Assembly: GCA_951406725.2 (NCBI GenBank) | Contig: OX597822.1 | Span: forward strand, 40,672,001-40,736,000 | Source: Octopus vulgaris | Taxonomy: Eukaryota | Direction: 5' to 3' | Length of the DNA: 64,000 bases | In this document: positions 13,251-25,677 of the stretch, in pieces | Position numbering within the stretch: the stretch's first letter is position 1 | Layout: the number at the start of each line of letters is the position of its first letter | Program-made: the position numbers and the translations under genes | Notes under the pieces: generated by a model | The model's input: the letters and a program-made list of their open reading frames with translations, nothing else | Databases searched by the model: none | What the model was told of the DNA's origin: nothing

Positions 13251-14194
13251 CACGTCTATATGAGTTAGAGATCGAAAGAGGTGGAAATCCGTTGGTGCCA
13301 AATCAGGAGAGTACGGCGGGTGTGGCAGTACTTCCCAGCCATGCGTTTCAATGGCTTACTTGGTCATATCGGCGATATGAGGGCGGGCGTTGTTGTGCAG
13401 CAGAACTCCATGTTGCCTATTAGGCCTTTTCTCTTAAATACAGCCGTGTTGAGTAGTTCCGAGTTGACCGTTTGGTTCCGTTTAAGCAATTCGTAATGGA
13501 TAATCCCTTCCCAGTCCCACCATACGCACAACATCGTTTTACGCGTATAAAGATCTTGTTTCACGCGCGGTGTCGCTTGTTTACCGGGGCTGAGCCATTC
13601 CTTATGCTGCTTCATATTGATGTACAGGCACCATTTTTCGTCGCCAGTAACGATTCGGTAAAGAAATCGTTGCTTGTGTCCATGAGTTGAGCCTGACGAG
13701 CAAGCAAACCAGCGGATATTGTGGCTCATTGATTTTTGTCGTTGTCACTTACCAAGCATGCGGAACACATGCTCCATACTTCTGAACCTTTCCCATCGAC
13801 TAAAGATGCTTCTTTATAGCAGTGTGAGAGTATTCCATTTTCTCTGCCAGTTCCCTTGTCGTGTGACGAGAATTTTCGAGCAAAAGTTGGTTTAATCGCT
13901 TTTCATCGAAACTCCACTTGACAGCCAGATTGAAGTACATCTTAGAACCTTGTACGTCCTTAGAACCTTGATTAAAAGCAAAAAGGAGGTGTCGAAAATG
14001 CTCGAAAATGATCATTTTAATGATCTGAAAACAAGCAAAAATTAACGAAAATGAACTAGAAAAAGAAAAGAAACAAAATAGATTCCAAAATGATTCAAAA
14101 ATAGAATTCGCGAAAGAAATTGATTCCAAAATTTAAAAACGCAATAAATTCCAAAATTTAAAAAAACTGCTGGAACTTAGTTGCCAACCCAATA
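13251..14194 (-). mobile_element. Truncated, internally deleted mariner (mellifera-subfamily-like) transposon
   Basis: Minus-strand RIVTGDEKWCLYIN, KTMLCVWWDWEGIIHYELL and, by hand translation, EVLPHPPYSPDLAPTDFHLFRSL (~13267-13335). One TIR TTGGGTTGGCAACTAAGT ends at 14192 with a flanking TA; the other end is lost. Confidence 0.92.
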
Positions 14195-14243
14195 ATTATC
14201 TTCTCGATTTTCTTCTTTGCTTTATATATATATATATATATAT

Positions 14244-14701
14244 TTCTCTCTGATGAAAGAAATATTGAGTATTGCTATGGTTGGAGTGAGCTCGCCCATA
14301 GCAACCTATATGTTTCCGAAACGGCCGTAAGACTTTATGCATAGACTTTATACATGTTCCAGACTCCTTATGAATCATTTTACATCCGTTATATCATCAC
14401 CTTCATTGATTCAAATTTGAACATTCGGACTTCTCGAGTACATTTATGGACTTATATTTTTATATATTTATATTTATGAATTTTTAATGCGTTTATAAAT
14501 TTTTATATGTCTATGAATTTTTATATATTTATATATTTATAAATTTTTGTGTATATGTATGTATTTATAAATTCTTAGATATTTTTAATATATCACATAG
14601 ATGAATGCATCTATGTATGTATTTTGTGTATCACGGAGAATTTCGTTAATATGGTTTGAAAGAATATATACATCGACCGTTGAATTTGTTTTTTCTCCTC
14701 C

Positions 14702-14707
<6 letters not shown>
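14244..14707 (+). mobile_element. Probable Penelope-like terminal repeat (pLTR) remnant inserted in (TA)n
   Basis: Begins with the hammerhead motif, continues as a T-rich body, and is bounded by (TA)n on both sides. Confidence 0.55.
14247..14332 (+). ncRNA. Minimal type-I hammerhead ribozyme motif with canonical core and extended stem II
   Basis: TCT-CTGATGA(14250-14256)-A-AGAAATAT...TTGCTATGG...CCATAGCAA...ATGTTTCC-GAAAC(14318-14322)-GGCC-GTA-AGA. Stem III is palindromic (ACGGCCGT); predicted cleavage after A14329. Confidence 0.75.
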
Positions 14708-14771
<64 letters not shown>

Positions 14772-14950
14772 GTCTGTGCTTGTCTCTGCATCACCGCTTG
14801 ACAACCGGTGCTGGTGTGTTTACGTCCTGGTAACCTAACGGTTCGGCCAAGAGAACGATAGAATAAGTACTTTACTTTAAAAATACGTGTTGGGGGTCGA
14901 TTTTCCAGCATAGCCATAGTCAAATGAATGATGCAAGTATAAGAATTAAA

Positions 14951-15007
<57 letters not shown>

Positions 15008-15027
15008 TGTGTATGCTTGTGTATGCT

Positions 15028-15069
<42 letters not shown>

Positions 15070-15112
15070 TTTATAGTAACAAAAAGGGAGGAATTTCCTT
15101 TATCCCCACGTG

Positions 15113-15418
15113 GCACATACTTTACAAAGTTTTAATATAATTTTTAATATATCTTATATTGTGTGTGACGACCTGTTTCTCTTTCGCTAATCATGACACT
15201 AAAATTTATTTAAATACGTATTTTCTTAGGAAATCATTTTTTGTCCATGTTGTGTGTTGAGTTTATGAATGAATGATTCAACATGGACAAGAAATATTCT
15301 CTTAAGAAAATACGTATTTAAATAAACTTTAATGTCATGATTAGCGAAAGCGAAACCGATCGACAAACACAATATAAGCTATATTGAAAATTATATTGAA
15401 ACTATATAAAGTGTGTGC
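15113..15418. repeat. Imperfect ~305-bp foldback palindrome carrying mirror hammerhead-like motifs (A3-U8 variant)
   Basis: Arms ~15113-15251 and ~15279-15418 are reverse complements (e.g. ttgtccatgttg / caacatggacaa). Motif at 15333-15365 (+) and 15166-15198 (-). Confidence 0.85.
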
Positions 15419-15436
15419 ATTTTTCTTCTTTAATTT

Positions 15437-15503
<67 letters not shown>

Positions 15504-15661
15504 ATATATAAAAATTAGAGAAAAAAAACCACTATTATGCAATTCAAACAACGATAGACATAAACCAAATCATAAATAAAAAATATAATATATTTTTATA
15601 AAACATATAACTAGATCACAAAAAGTATAAAACTGTATAATCAATATATTTATATATATTA

Positions 15662-15714
<53 letters not shown>

Positions 15715-15933
15715 GTACATGTATATATATATATACATGTATACATATATATATACACATATATATATACATATATATATATGTACATATACATATATAT
15801 ACATGTACATATATTACCCATTATTCATATATATACATATATACATACATACATACATGCATACATGCATACATACATACATACATACATACATACATGC
15901 ATACATGCATACATACATACATATATACATACA

Positions 15934-15966
<33 letters not shown>

Positions 15967-16407
15967 TCACATATAAACAATGTCCTTTGTCTATTAAATA
16001 TAATATCTCGTTGAGATAGCTGAATTCGTCTCTTGGGTATAGTTCTTAATAGCATATAGCACCCGATTATTATTGAGTTGTGCACTTTTTTGCGTATGTA
16101 ACAGCAATTATCATACAATTCTGTCCATTATTTCTTTTTTTGATAAATATTTTCTGTGAAATATAATTGAGAAAGTTTTTACGGCACACGCGTAAAGCTG
16201 AATCTCCCAACAAGCGTAACAACTGCTGCTATTGGCTCGTTAGTTAGAAGTAGGGAATTGTCAACATTTTACAAACGTACGATGAAAGCCGTTTAAAGTT
16301 TTCTAAAGAATATTGATGCTTTATCTTTGTGTTTTTTCTGAGTTAGTGGATCATTTACACAGTTGAAATACGTATTTAATTGTACTTATTATTGTCCAAC
16401 AAGTGTT

Positions 16408-16501
<94 letters not shown>

Positions 16502-16565
16502 CGGAGCCAGCTTGAACCAAAAGAAAAAAAACTAAGGGAAAAAGAGACCCACTTACTGTAATGTG

Positions 16566-16853
16566 TTTTCTTTTTGCACGACACTATTACCCAAGGTTCC
16601 CGTGGTCTTTTCCGTAGGCTTTTCTATCCACGGACAAACCTAATCTGTTTTCCCTTTTTTGCATTGACATTTCTGTGATACACCATCCCTACTGATCGGC
16701 CCTACATTTTTTTTTACGATCCCTTTTCATCGGAATTCGCCCCCATTTTTTTCTTCCTTTTTTCTTTTTTCTCCCTTTTCTTCCTCCCCAAAAAAGCTCT
16801 ACTTTGCATTTTTGTCCTTTCTGTGTTTAGCCCTGCGTGGCCAATAAAGAAAT
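16566..16853 (+). mobile_element. 3' UTR fragment of Tx1-clade LINE
   Basis: ccgtggtcttttccgtaggctttt and aaaagctctac...gccctgcgtggccaataaagaaa match the reverse complement of 52603-52900. Confidence 0.8.
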
Positions 16854-16868
16854 CCATCTTGCACATAA

Positions 16869-17098
16869 AGACGGTGAACCGGCAGAATCGCTAGCACACC
16901 AATAAAATGCTTAGCGACATTTTTTTTCCATCTGGATGTTATGAGTTCAAATACCGCCGAGGCCAACTTTGCCTTCTTTCATCTCGGGGTCGATAAAATA
17001 AATATCATACAAATACTGTATTCGGTGTAATCGTGTAGCGCCATCTTCCAACATTTCGGGTCTTGCGCTTATGATACATAACATTATTATTATTATTA
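16869..17098 (+). mobile_element. SINE family B with (ATT)n tail
   Basis: ggcagaatcgctagcac head, gagttcaaata B-box-like, ggggtcgataaaat core, attattattatt tail. Confidence 0.8.
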
Positions 17099-17680
17099 AG
17101 GTGGAGAGCTGGCAGAACCGTTAACACAGCGGACATCTTCTTCCGGCTTAATACTCGAGGTTGATTTCTGCCTTTCTTCCGCTACCTTCTGAGTTCAATT
17201 TCCGCCGAGGTCGACCTTGCCTTTTATCCCTTTCAGAATCGATATAAAATAAGTACCGGTTGAGTACTAGGCACAATGTTATCGACCAATCGTGAGGGCG
17301 CGTGGCTTAGTGGTTAGGGCATTCGACTCATGATCGTAAGGTTGTGAGTTCGATTCCCGGCGACGCGTTGTGTCCTTGAGCAAGACACTTTATTTCACGT
17401 TGCTCCAGTCCACTCAGCTGGCAAAAATGAGTTGTACTTGTATTTCAAAGGGTCAGCCTTGTCACTCTCTGTGTCACGCTGATTATCTCCGAGAACTACG
17501 TTAAGGGTACACGTGTCTGTGGAATGCTCAGCCATTTGCACGTTAATTTCACGAGCAAGCTGTTCCGTTGATCGTATCAGCTGGGACCCTCGTCGTCGTA
17601 ACCGGCGGAGTCTTTTTTTTTTTATTGACCAATCTCTGCCCCTAAAATTCTTGGTCTTGTGCCAAAATTTGAAATACTAG
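17099..17680 (+). mobile_element. SINE family B copy interrupted by a family C SINE
   Basis: Head and core at 17099-17291; the tail resumes at 17635 (ccctaaaattcttggtcttgtgcc). Confidence 0.8.
17292..17621 (+). mobile_element. tRNA-derived CORE-like SINE (family C) with 13-bp target-site duplication
   Basis: A box tggcttagtgg, B box gagttcgattccc, core gtgtccttgagcaagacactt, T-tail. TSD ttatcgaccaatc (17279-17291) / ttattgaccaatc (17622-17634). Confidence 0.9.
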
Positions 17681-17686
17681 CATTGT

Positions 17687-17737
<51 letters not shown>

Positions 17738-18011
17738 TGCATTTGCGTATATTTGAAACTAAGGCTATTGGTGTATCATATTTCAATTTTGTAAAAACAT
17801 ACTGCTATTTGTATCAAATTATTTTGATCGTGTCTCGTGGGTATACTTCTAATTAGAGGGCATGTCGTTGATGATAGCGTAAACAGCGTCGAAAAGGTTT
17901 TGAAAACTGATTGATTAAGCAAACAACTGGTCAGGTAATCGATTAGCTTTTTAATCAATTATTTAACTTCGTTGAGTAGCAGTAGTAGTAGTAGTAGTAG
18001 TATTAGTAGTG

Positions 18012-18084
<73 letters not shown>

Positions 18085-18220
18085 CAACAACTACTACAAC
18101 AATAGTAAAATATCCTGCTGAATTTCTATAGAAGGTTTGCCCCTTAGGATTAGGAATGATCATGAAAAGGGGTCTGAGCTTATTAAACAATCCTTATTCA
18201 TGAAAAGGGGTCTGAGCTCA

Positions 18221-18487
18221 TTAAACAATCCTTATTCAGGGACCTTTTGAGCGGGATGGATTACTCGACCAGAAGAAAATTCTAACTATGCCCCACCCGA
18301 ATGGTCATGCGCTGTTTATCTTGATATGAGATCACTTTGTTGCACACATATGGTTGTGATGCATGTGCCTAGTGTACGCTTATCAGACGGGTAGTCATGA
18401 TGGGTATACTGGGCTTCGTATATTTTACCCCAGTGTCATTTTGATAGCATGCACTGCTCTCTCACTCAATAATAATAATAATAATAA
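18221..18487 (+). mobile_element. Partial copy of a non-coding (AAT)n-ended dispersed element (longer copy at 60203-60750)
   Basis: Collinear high similarity with 60500-60750 (cttattcagggaccttttgagcgggatgg...ctctcact then aataataat). Orientation is assumed from the tail. Confidence 0.85.
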
Positions 18488-18696
18488 TCCTTTCTGCTGG
18501 AGGCACAAGGCCTCAAATTTGTGGGAAGGGAGACTAGACGATTACATCGACTCCAGTGTTTCAGTGGTACTTAGTTTATTGACTCCGAATGGATGAAAGG
18601 CAAAGTCGACCTCGGCAGAATTTGAACTCAGAACATAGTCATGGACAAAATGCTTGGCGGCATTTCGTCCAGCCTCCTAACGATTCTGCCAGCTCG
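18488..18696 (-). mobile_element. SINE family B
   Basis: ggatgaaaggcaaagtcgacctcggcagaatttgaactcag...cgattctgccagctcg is the reverse complement of the family B head and core. Confidence 0.85.
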
Positions 18697-18939
18697 ATGA
18701 GAGTGTGTATGTGTATATGCGCGCGCGCGTTCGTTCGTGTGTTTGTATGTTTGAGTGCGTGCGTGAGGGATGTAATACTTTCAATTAATTGTTTGTATCT
18801 CTTTATTAATTCCTTTGGAACAATACCATTTATAAATTAATGCTTCAAGACCTTCTAGATCTTTATTCTAAATGTAGTTGTTGTTGCTGTTGCTGTTGCT
18901 GTTGCTATTGTTGTTGTGCACACCCAGATCAGTCCTAAT

Positions 18940-20010
18940 CCAGCAAATGTCTGGTACCTGGACGATACGACAATAGGAGCGCCGGTAGAGAGGATTTGCC
19001 ATCTCCGATTAGTGGTTCCATCTCTAGCGAGATAAACTCGTCCAGTCGGATGTCGTGAACGTCAAATACGACGCAGAAGGCTTTGCGTCCTCCATCTGAG
19101 ATGTATGTTCACTACTTCACCAGGAATAGGTGACCTCGAAAGAGGACGTCCTTATCTGCGGTTCGCCGATCCTCCTGCCTGCCATTCCCTCTACCCTCTT
19201 ATCTAAGCTTCGATAGTTTGTAAAATTGATGAACAAGCCGAATGTGATCGATGCTCATCCAGCACTGTTTCTGAAGTCATTTTATGCCCACCGCAGTGCT
19301 CCATGCTACAGCCACATGTCTCCCCCCATAGATCTAGACGCCGGTATCCAATGGGCTGCCGAAAAGATATGCAACGTTCGGATCAACGACACTGGATGGC
19401 AACAGGCCATCTTACCCTATCAAATATGGTGACCTCGGCCTTCGATCCCACTGGCCCTGCAAGTTTTTCTCTCGTCGGTGACCTCTTGCAGTGTCCTCAT
19501 CAACAGGGTTCTCCACAACACAACTGAACCTAATGTGATCGAGGAGCGAGAGGTGGCCTACGCGACATGGGGCCAGCTCAGCCTACGCTCTACTGCGCCT
19601 CGGACTGCGTCCATCCCCCTCTCCCCTCTGTGGATGTCCAGTCCTCTCAAAAGAAATGGGACGCTATCCAGTGTAGTATGATCTCGGATGAGTTAGTGCA
19701 CCGACTTGACCAGCACCGTCTGGCCCCACAGCAGACCCTAGCTCAATTCGGTGCCATTACCCACGACTGGCATCCAATTTGATAGTGTCTGCGCATTGGC
19801 GTTTCACTGGTGCTTGGCCTCCTCCAGATCTGTAAGCCTCATAAATGCCGCTGCAGATCCACTGTACATTCTTTCGGCTTCCATCCATTGTCATGCTACA
19901 TGATGGCCGCCTTCAACGCCATGCCGCTCGTAACAATCACATAAACCATGGCTTAAACGTCTAGGCCTCCTTCCCAGCTCGAGCCAGCGAGGCTAGACCG
20001 AAGTGACAAC
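18940..20010 (+). mobile_element. Decayed CRE-clade-like non-LTR retrotransposon (RT to Zn-knuckle/RLE start)
   Basis: Hand translation gives NVWYLDDTTIG (~18946-18978), GWQQAILP, CKPHKCRC...FGFHPLSC, GRLQRHAARN and EPARLDRSD, in the order expected for CRE elements. Many frameshifts. Confidence 0.7.
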
Positions 20011-20220
20011 CATTAATTTCAGCTAAATATTATCAACCAGCGTTTATTCTTAATTTACTTCTAGGGCGTTGCTTATATGAATTAATACTTCATTAGCATT
20101 TTGCTATTAAGAAAACTTCCTTTGCTAATCTTCTAAATCTTTTCATGGATTATAAAAGAAATTTTTTTTTTAATCTTCATACCAACATGAAACCGCAAAT
20201 CTAAAAGCCACAAGGTATAC

Positions 20221-20575
20221 TCTTTTACTCTTTGTTTCAGTCATTTGACTGTGGCCATGCTGGAGCACCGCCTTTAGTCGAGCAAATCGACCCCAGGACA
20301 TATTTTTTGTAAGCCTAGTACTTATTGTATCGGTCTCTTTTGCCGAACCGCTAAGTTACGGGGACGTAAACATACCAGACACACAAACATATGTATATAT
20401 AAATATATATACGACGGGCTTCTTTCAGTTTCCATCTACCAAATCCACTCACAAGGCTTTGGTCGGCCCGAGGATATAGTAGAAGACACTTGCTCAAGGT
20501 GTCACGCAGTGGGACTGAACCCGGAACCATGTGCTTGGTAAGCAAGCCACTTACCACACGGCCACTCCTGCGCCT
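20221..20575 (-). mobile_element. SINE family A, near full length
   Basis: Reverse complement of the 41842-42248 copy. Confidence 0.92.
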
Positions 20576-21034
20576 ATGTTTGGATAATTAATGCATTAAT
20601 TCCAAATTAAGCATGTAAACATGAAACTTGGTGGCGAAGTGGCTGGTGTGGTAAGATGTTCCCTTCTCAACTACATGGATTCAGATTCAGTTCTATTCCG
20701 AGGCACCTTGGACATTTGTCTTCTACTATAATATCGGCCGGAGTGGATTTGGCAGACGTAAATTGAAAGAAACCCATCGTACATACATGCATACATACAT
20801 ACATACATACATACATACATACATACATACATACATACATAGAAATGTGTATGTGTGACATCCGTTTCATTCCGAAGATACAACTGTGAAGGTCTGGAAG
20901 CATCAATGGACTTAGAAACGAAACATGTGAGACCGACGACCAGGCTGGAAAATAGATATAAGAAAATAAGCACACAAACAGACATATACACACACACACA
21001 CATACAGACATACATGCATGTATGTGTGTGTGTT

Positions 21035-21098
<64 letters not shown>

Positions 21099-21254
21099 CG
21101 TGTATATGTGTGTGTGCGCGCGCGTGGGTGTCGTATTAACCCCTGGCTTGCCGTATTGAACTTATCCACGGATATTGCTTATCAGACAAAGTTGTAATCT
21201 GGACATCGCTTCTTTTATCAAAGCAAAAACAAAATAATAATAATAATAATGATG

Positions 21255-21365
<111 letters not shown>

Positions 21366-21550
21366 TTAATAAAAATACATATCAAAATCATCCATAGTTT
21401 TATAATGATGATTCTCTCTTTCTCCCTCTTTTTCCCTTTTCTCTCTCTCTCTCTCTCTCAGTATATATATATAGAGAGAGTGGTTTATCATTCTATCAGT
21501 GTTTATATATGTTTTCCCTCTCTCTTTCTCTCCACCCCTATATATATATA

Positions 21551-21588
<38 letters not shown>

Positions 21589-21610
21589 TGTGTGTGTACA
21601 TGTAAATAAA

Positions 21611-21960
21611 GGCGTAGGAGTGGCTGTGTGGTAAATAGCTTGCTTACCAACCACATGGTTCCGGGTTCAGTCCCACTACGTGGCACATTGGGCAAGTGTC
21701 TTCTACTCTAGCCTCGGGCCGACCAAAGCCTTGTGAGTGGATTTGGTAGACTGAAACTGAAAGAAGCCTGTCGTATATATGTATATATGTATGTGTGTAT
21801 CTGTGTTTGTCCCCCCAACGTTGCTTGACAACCAATGCTGGTGTGTTTACATTCCCGTAAATTAGCGGTTCAGCAAAATAAGCCCTGGGGATCGATTTGC
21901 TCAACTAAAGGCCATGCTACAGCATAGCCACAGTCAAATGACTGAAACAAGTAAAAGAGT
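21611..21960 (+). mobile_element. SINE family A, near full length
   Basis: ggcgtaggagtggctgtgtggtaa...tgactgaaacaagtaaaagag. Confidence 0.92.
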
Positions 21961-22078
21961 GAAAGAGTATATATATATATAGAGAGAGATAGATAGATAG
22001 ATAGATAGAGAGGAGGAGGAGGACGACGGTGACGAGGAGGGACGGAGAATACAGGAAGAGATAAACAGATACATAGAC

Positions 22079-22169
<91 letters not shown>

Positions 22170-22170
22170 C

Positions 22171-22338
<168 letters not shown>

Positions 22339-22523
22339 GCATTTTTCATGTTTGTACTCCTCTATATGTGCTTGGATGCGTGCGTGTCTGTGGGTGTATA
22401 TGTGTGTTTGTACGTTCGTGTGTGTGTGTGTGTATTTCTGTGTGTGCGCATGTAGAGAAGGCGAGAGCTCACCGTTGACAGACGATTTGCAACTGCATCT
22501 CTTTCTGCAAGTGATATATTTTC

Positions 22524-22595
<72 letters not shown>

Positions 22596-22784
22596 ACACG
22601 ACAACAACAACAATAGCGGCAACAACAAAAACAACATACTGGGGCATTCTTTATGGGATACAACTGGTGCCAACAGAATTTTCAACTGGAATTACATATT
22701 GTTATGAGGCTTTGGAAAGGTTAAACATACAGTTTATTGAACGGTTTGATACACGAAAACACACAGCCATATAAACAGTAGTAA

Positions 22785-22831
<47 letters not shown>

Positions 22832-22919
22832 TGTGAGTGATTGTGTGGTGTGTATGTATGTATGCGCATGCGTGTATTTATGTATGTACATATATATATA
22901 TACTTATACATACATATAC

Positions 22920-22951
<32 letters not shown>

Positions 22952-23027
22952 GTATAAGTAATGTATATGCCTATATACATATATATATATATATATGCAT
23001 ATATATTTATATACTCAAAAGAATAGG

Positions 23028-23058
<31 letters not shown>

Positions 23059-24849
23059 ATTACATTTACAGCTTGCAATTGTTGATTAAAAATGCATATG
23101 TTCGTGTGTATGCATGCATGTATATACATGCATGTGTGTGAATGTGAGTGTGTGCATATACGTGTGTATGTATGTATGAATGTATGCATGTTTGTGTGCT
23201 TGCATTCATGTATGCATGCATGTAAGTATATATATATGTGTGTGCGTGTATGTGTGTGTGTGTATACACACGTACACACGTTTGAATGTGTATGTGTGTG
23301 TTCATCTATAAACGTGCTGCCTATACGTAAGCATGTTGCGTATGAATATGTGTATGTCAATGTATGTGAGTATTCGTACGTGCAATTGTGTATGTGTGTA
23401 CACATGCAGATGCGGTAACGTCGAAATCGCCGTAATGTATAAATACGCAAGCGCATCGCCATTTATAGCAAATAAAAGTAAATAAACGCACGATGCGCGT
23501 AAGTGCAAAATTCTAAATTAATGAGTGCAACATGATGCAGCAACATGGTGGATGTACTTTCGACTTTGATAAAAAAAATCTTTGAATCGCTTCTTCAACG
23601 CCCATGTCCTGCTATCTACTCACCTGATGCATGGACAACATCCATTTACGAGACTTAAAACGCATATACACTCAATCTGAAACACTAGCATACAAATACA
23701 CAATACTATGAGTACATTCATAGATTTATATTTGCCTATATATACACAGAAATACGCACATACGTGCATGTTTTAACTCATCTTCTTCACTCTAAAAGCT
23801 TTCCCAACAGTAATAATATTCTTCTAACATACATGTAATTACATTACCCCAAATAACTGCCCCTTTCATGTTTATTTCCCGTCAAAGGTTTTATTATTTT
23901 GAATGGGAAATAACAGTACACACAGATTCATGAGGAATTGACTGAATATTCTGTCAAGGCTCGTTTTTATGAATATATTAATTCACTGAAGAGAGTGAAG
24001 AAAACTTTCCAAGTGTAATTGGTTTTCAAAAGAAAACAAGCCCAGCAGTGTTTGAAATCAGAGGCAACCCTTTGAATATACTTCCCCATATGTACACATC
24101 AATTTTCATTCGAATCTGTGTCGTAAATTAATCCGAATGGGAAAATTATTCATTTTCTTTTCTTTCAAGCTTTCACTGAAACCACATAACGGGCTACTGT
24201 ATGCTTCAAATTTCTTCCTTTCAAAATATTTACCATAAAATGAATAAGCTGAGAAATATTCCTAACTCTTGAACGATATAAATTTTGCCATCTTCACTTT
24301 TAAAGATATTTGAATTTTAAACATAATTTAATATTTTTCAATTATTTCATTTGCACAGTCACATGTGTGATTGGGTATTCAAAATCTATTTTTTATAGTC
24401 TTGCATGTGTTTTCATATCTTGTCCTTTTCTATGTACATGTATTAGATAATAAGGCTTCATGTGCTTTCCTACAAATGGCAACCTTACTTTATTTTTCAT
24501 TTAACGGTTACTTTGTCAACCAATAATATTCTTTTGTTGTATTTTATTGTCAAATCAATGCTTTTTTTATTATGTGCAAAAAATTTCCAGAGCATATCTA
24601 TCATGTACAATTGTATTTTAGTTATCATACAATTTGACATCATTCTACTTTTCAATGACAATAAGACCATACTTTTAAAAGCAGCTACGCTTGCAGAAAC
24701 TATAGCACAATAATATACCAGGTAATTAAGATCATAATGCATGCATGAATATATCTTTTTCTCCAACAGGACACTCTCAGTACAAAAAAATCACCATATA
24801 TACTGCAAAAGGATGAAATCTGTAGAATTATAGGTCGCAGCATATTGCA

Positions 24850-25630
24850 CAGAGTATATATAAAATCTAGCAACCTATAGCACTCATTAATTCAGCTGCC
24901 TATATCATGATGATAGACTCATTATAAAACGTGAAAAATCACCAGTTAATTTCGGCAAACACTTCATCGCCTGTATTAAAAAGTAAGGTATAAGAATAAC
25001 TGAAGATACAAACTTAAACACAGGTGAATTCCTCGATATTACAATAACCTATAAGTAATAAAAAAAAAAGGCATTTGTGCGATGCTCTAATGATTCAACT
25101 AATCAATCGCCATGGAATGGAATTTTATTTATTGATCATGAAAGGATGAAGCATCAAGTTCACATCGGGAGTATCTGAATTCAGAACATAGTAACCTGAA
25201 AGAAGTACCTCAGCTGTCATTCTCCTCTCCGTTCTAATAACGACTCGACAACTTTAAATCTGATATAGCCAAAATCATTGAGAGAAAAGTTTCACTCATT
25301 AACTCACGTACAACTGTATTGGCTTAATAACTTCCCTCTCAGAATGTTTTGCCTACCAAAATTGGCAGTGTGCCACGTGGGTGTAGTCACACGCAGTAAC
25401 ACCATACGGAAAATCTACACTGGCATAACTGGTAACACTTTGAAATCTTGATTCTATCACAATACCTATTCTTTGAGAAACATCAATAAAAGAGCAGATA
25501 ATACCAGCTAAAAGACCAATAGAACATCAAGTATGAGATCAAATCGCAAGGAAATTACACCGGTTAGACCTGTAGCTCAAGAAAGGAAGCTGGTGTATAC
25601 GCAAACTTACCAAATAGCCAGTAGTATTAT
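24850..25630 (+). mobile_element. Decayed Penelope-like element (RT thumb plus GIY-YIG endonuclease relic), interrupted by an old family B SINE (~25095-25250)
   Basis: gaattcctcgatattaca (EFLDIT, resembling the PLE VNFLDVT motif) at ~25026-25043; KIYTGITGNTLKS*FYH at ~25410-25460 resembles the YIGxT...FKxR...H endonuclease motif. Confidence 0.55.
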
Positions 25631-25677
25631 ATTATAGTTCCAAGTCTAGGATGAGGCATTCAATGTGTGTGAAAATA

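Larger units (their letters stand above)
13068..14950 (+). mobile_element. SINE family A copy split by nested insertions (5' half 13068-13224, 3' half 14767-14950)
   Basis: The two halves are collinear with intact copies. The gap starts and ends in the SINE's internal (TA)n tract. Confidence 0.75.

Noticed and set aside
17292-17362. Possible tRNA gene (also 49920-49990)
   Set aside because: A and B boxes are present, but there is no proper acceptor stem and the sequence continues into a SINE body, with a TSD in the 17292 case.
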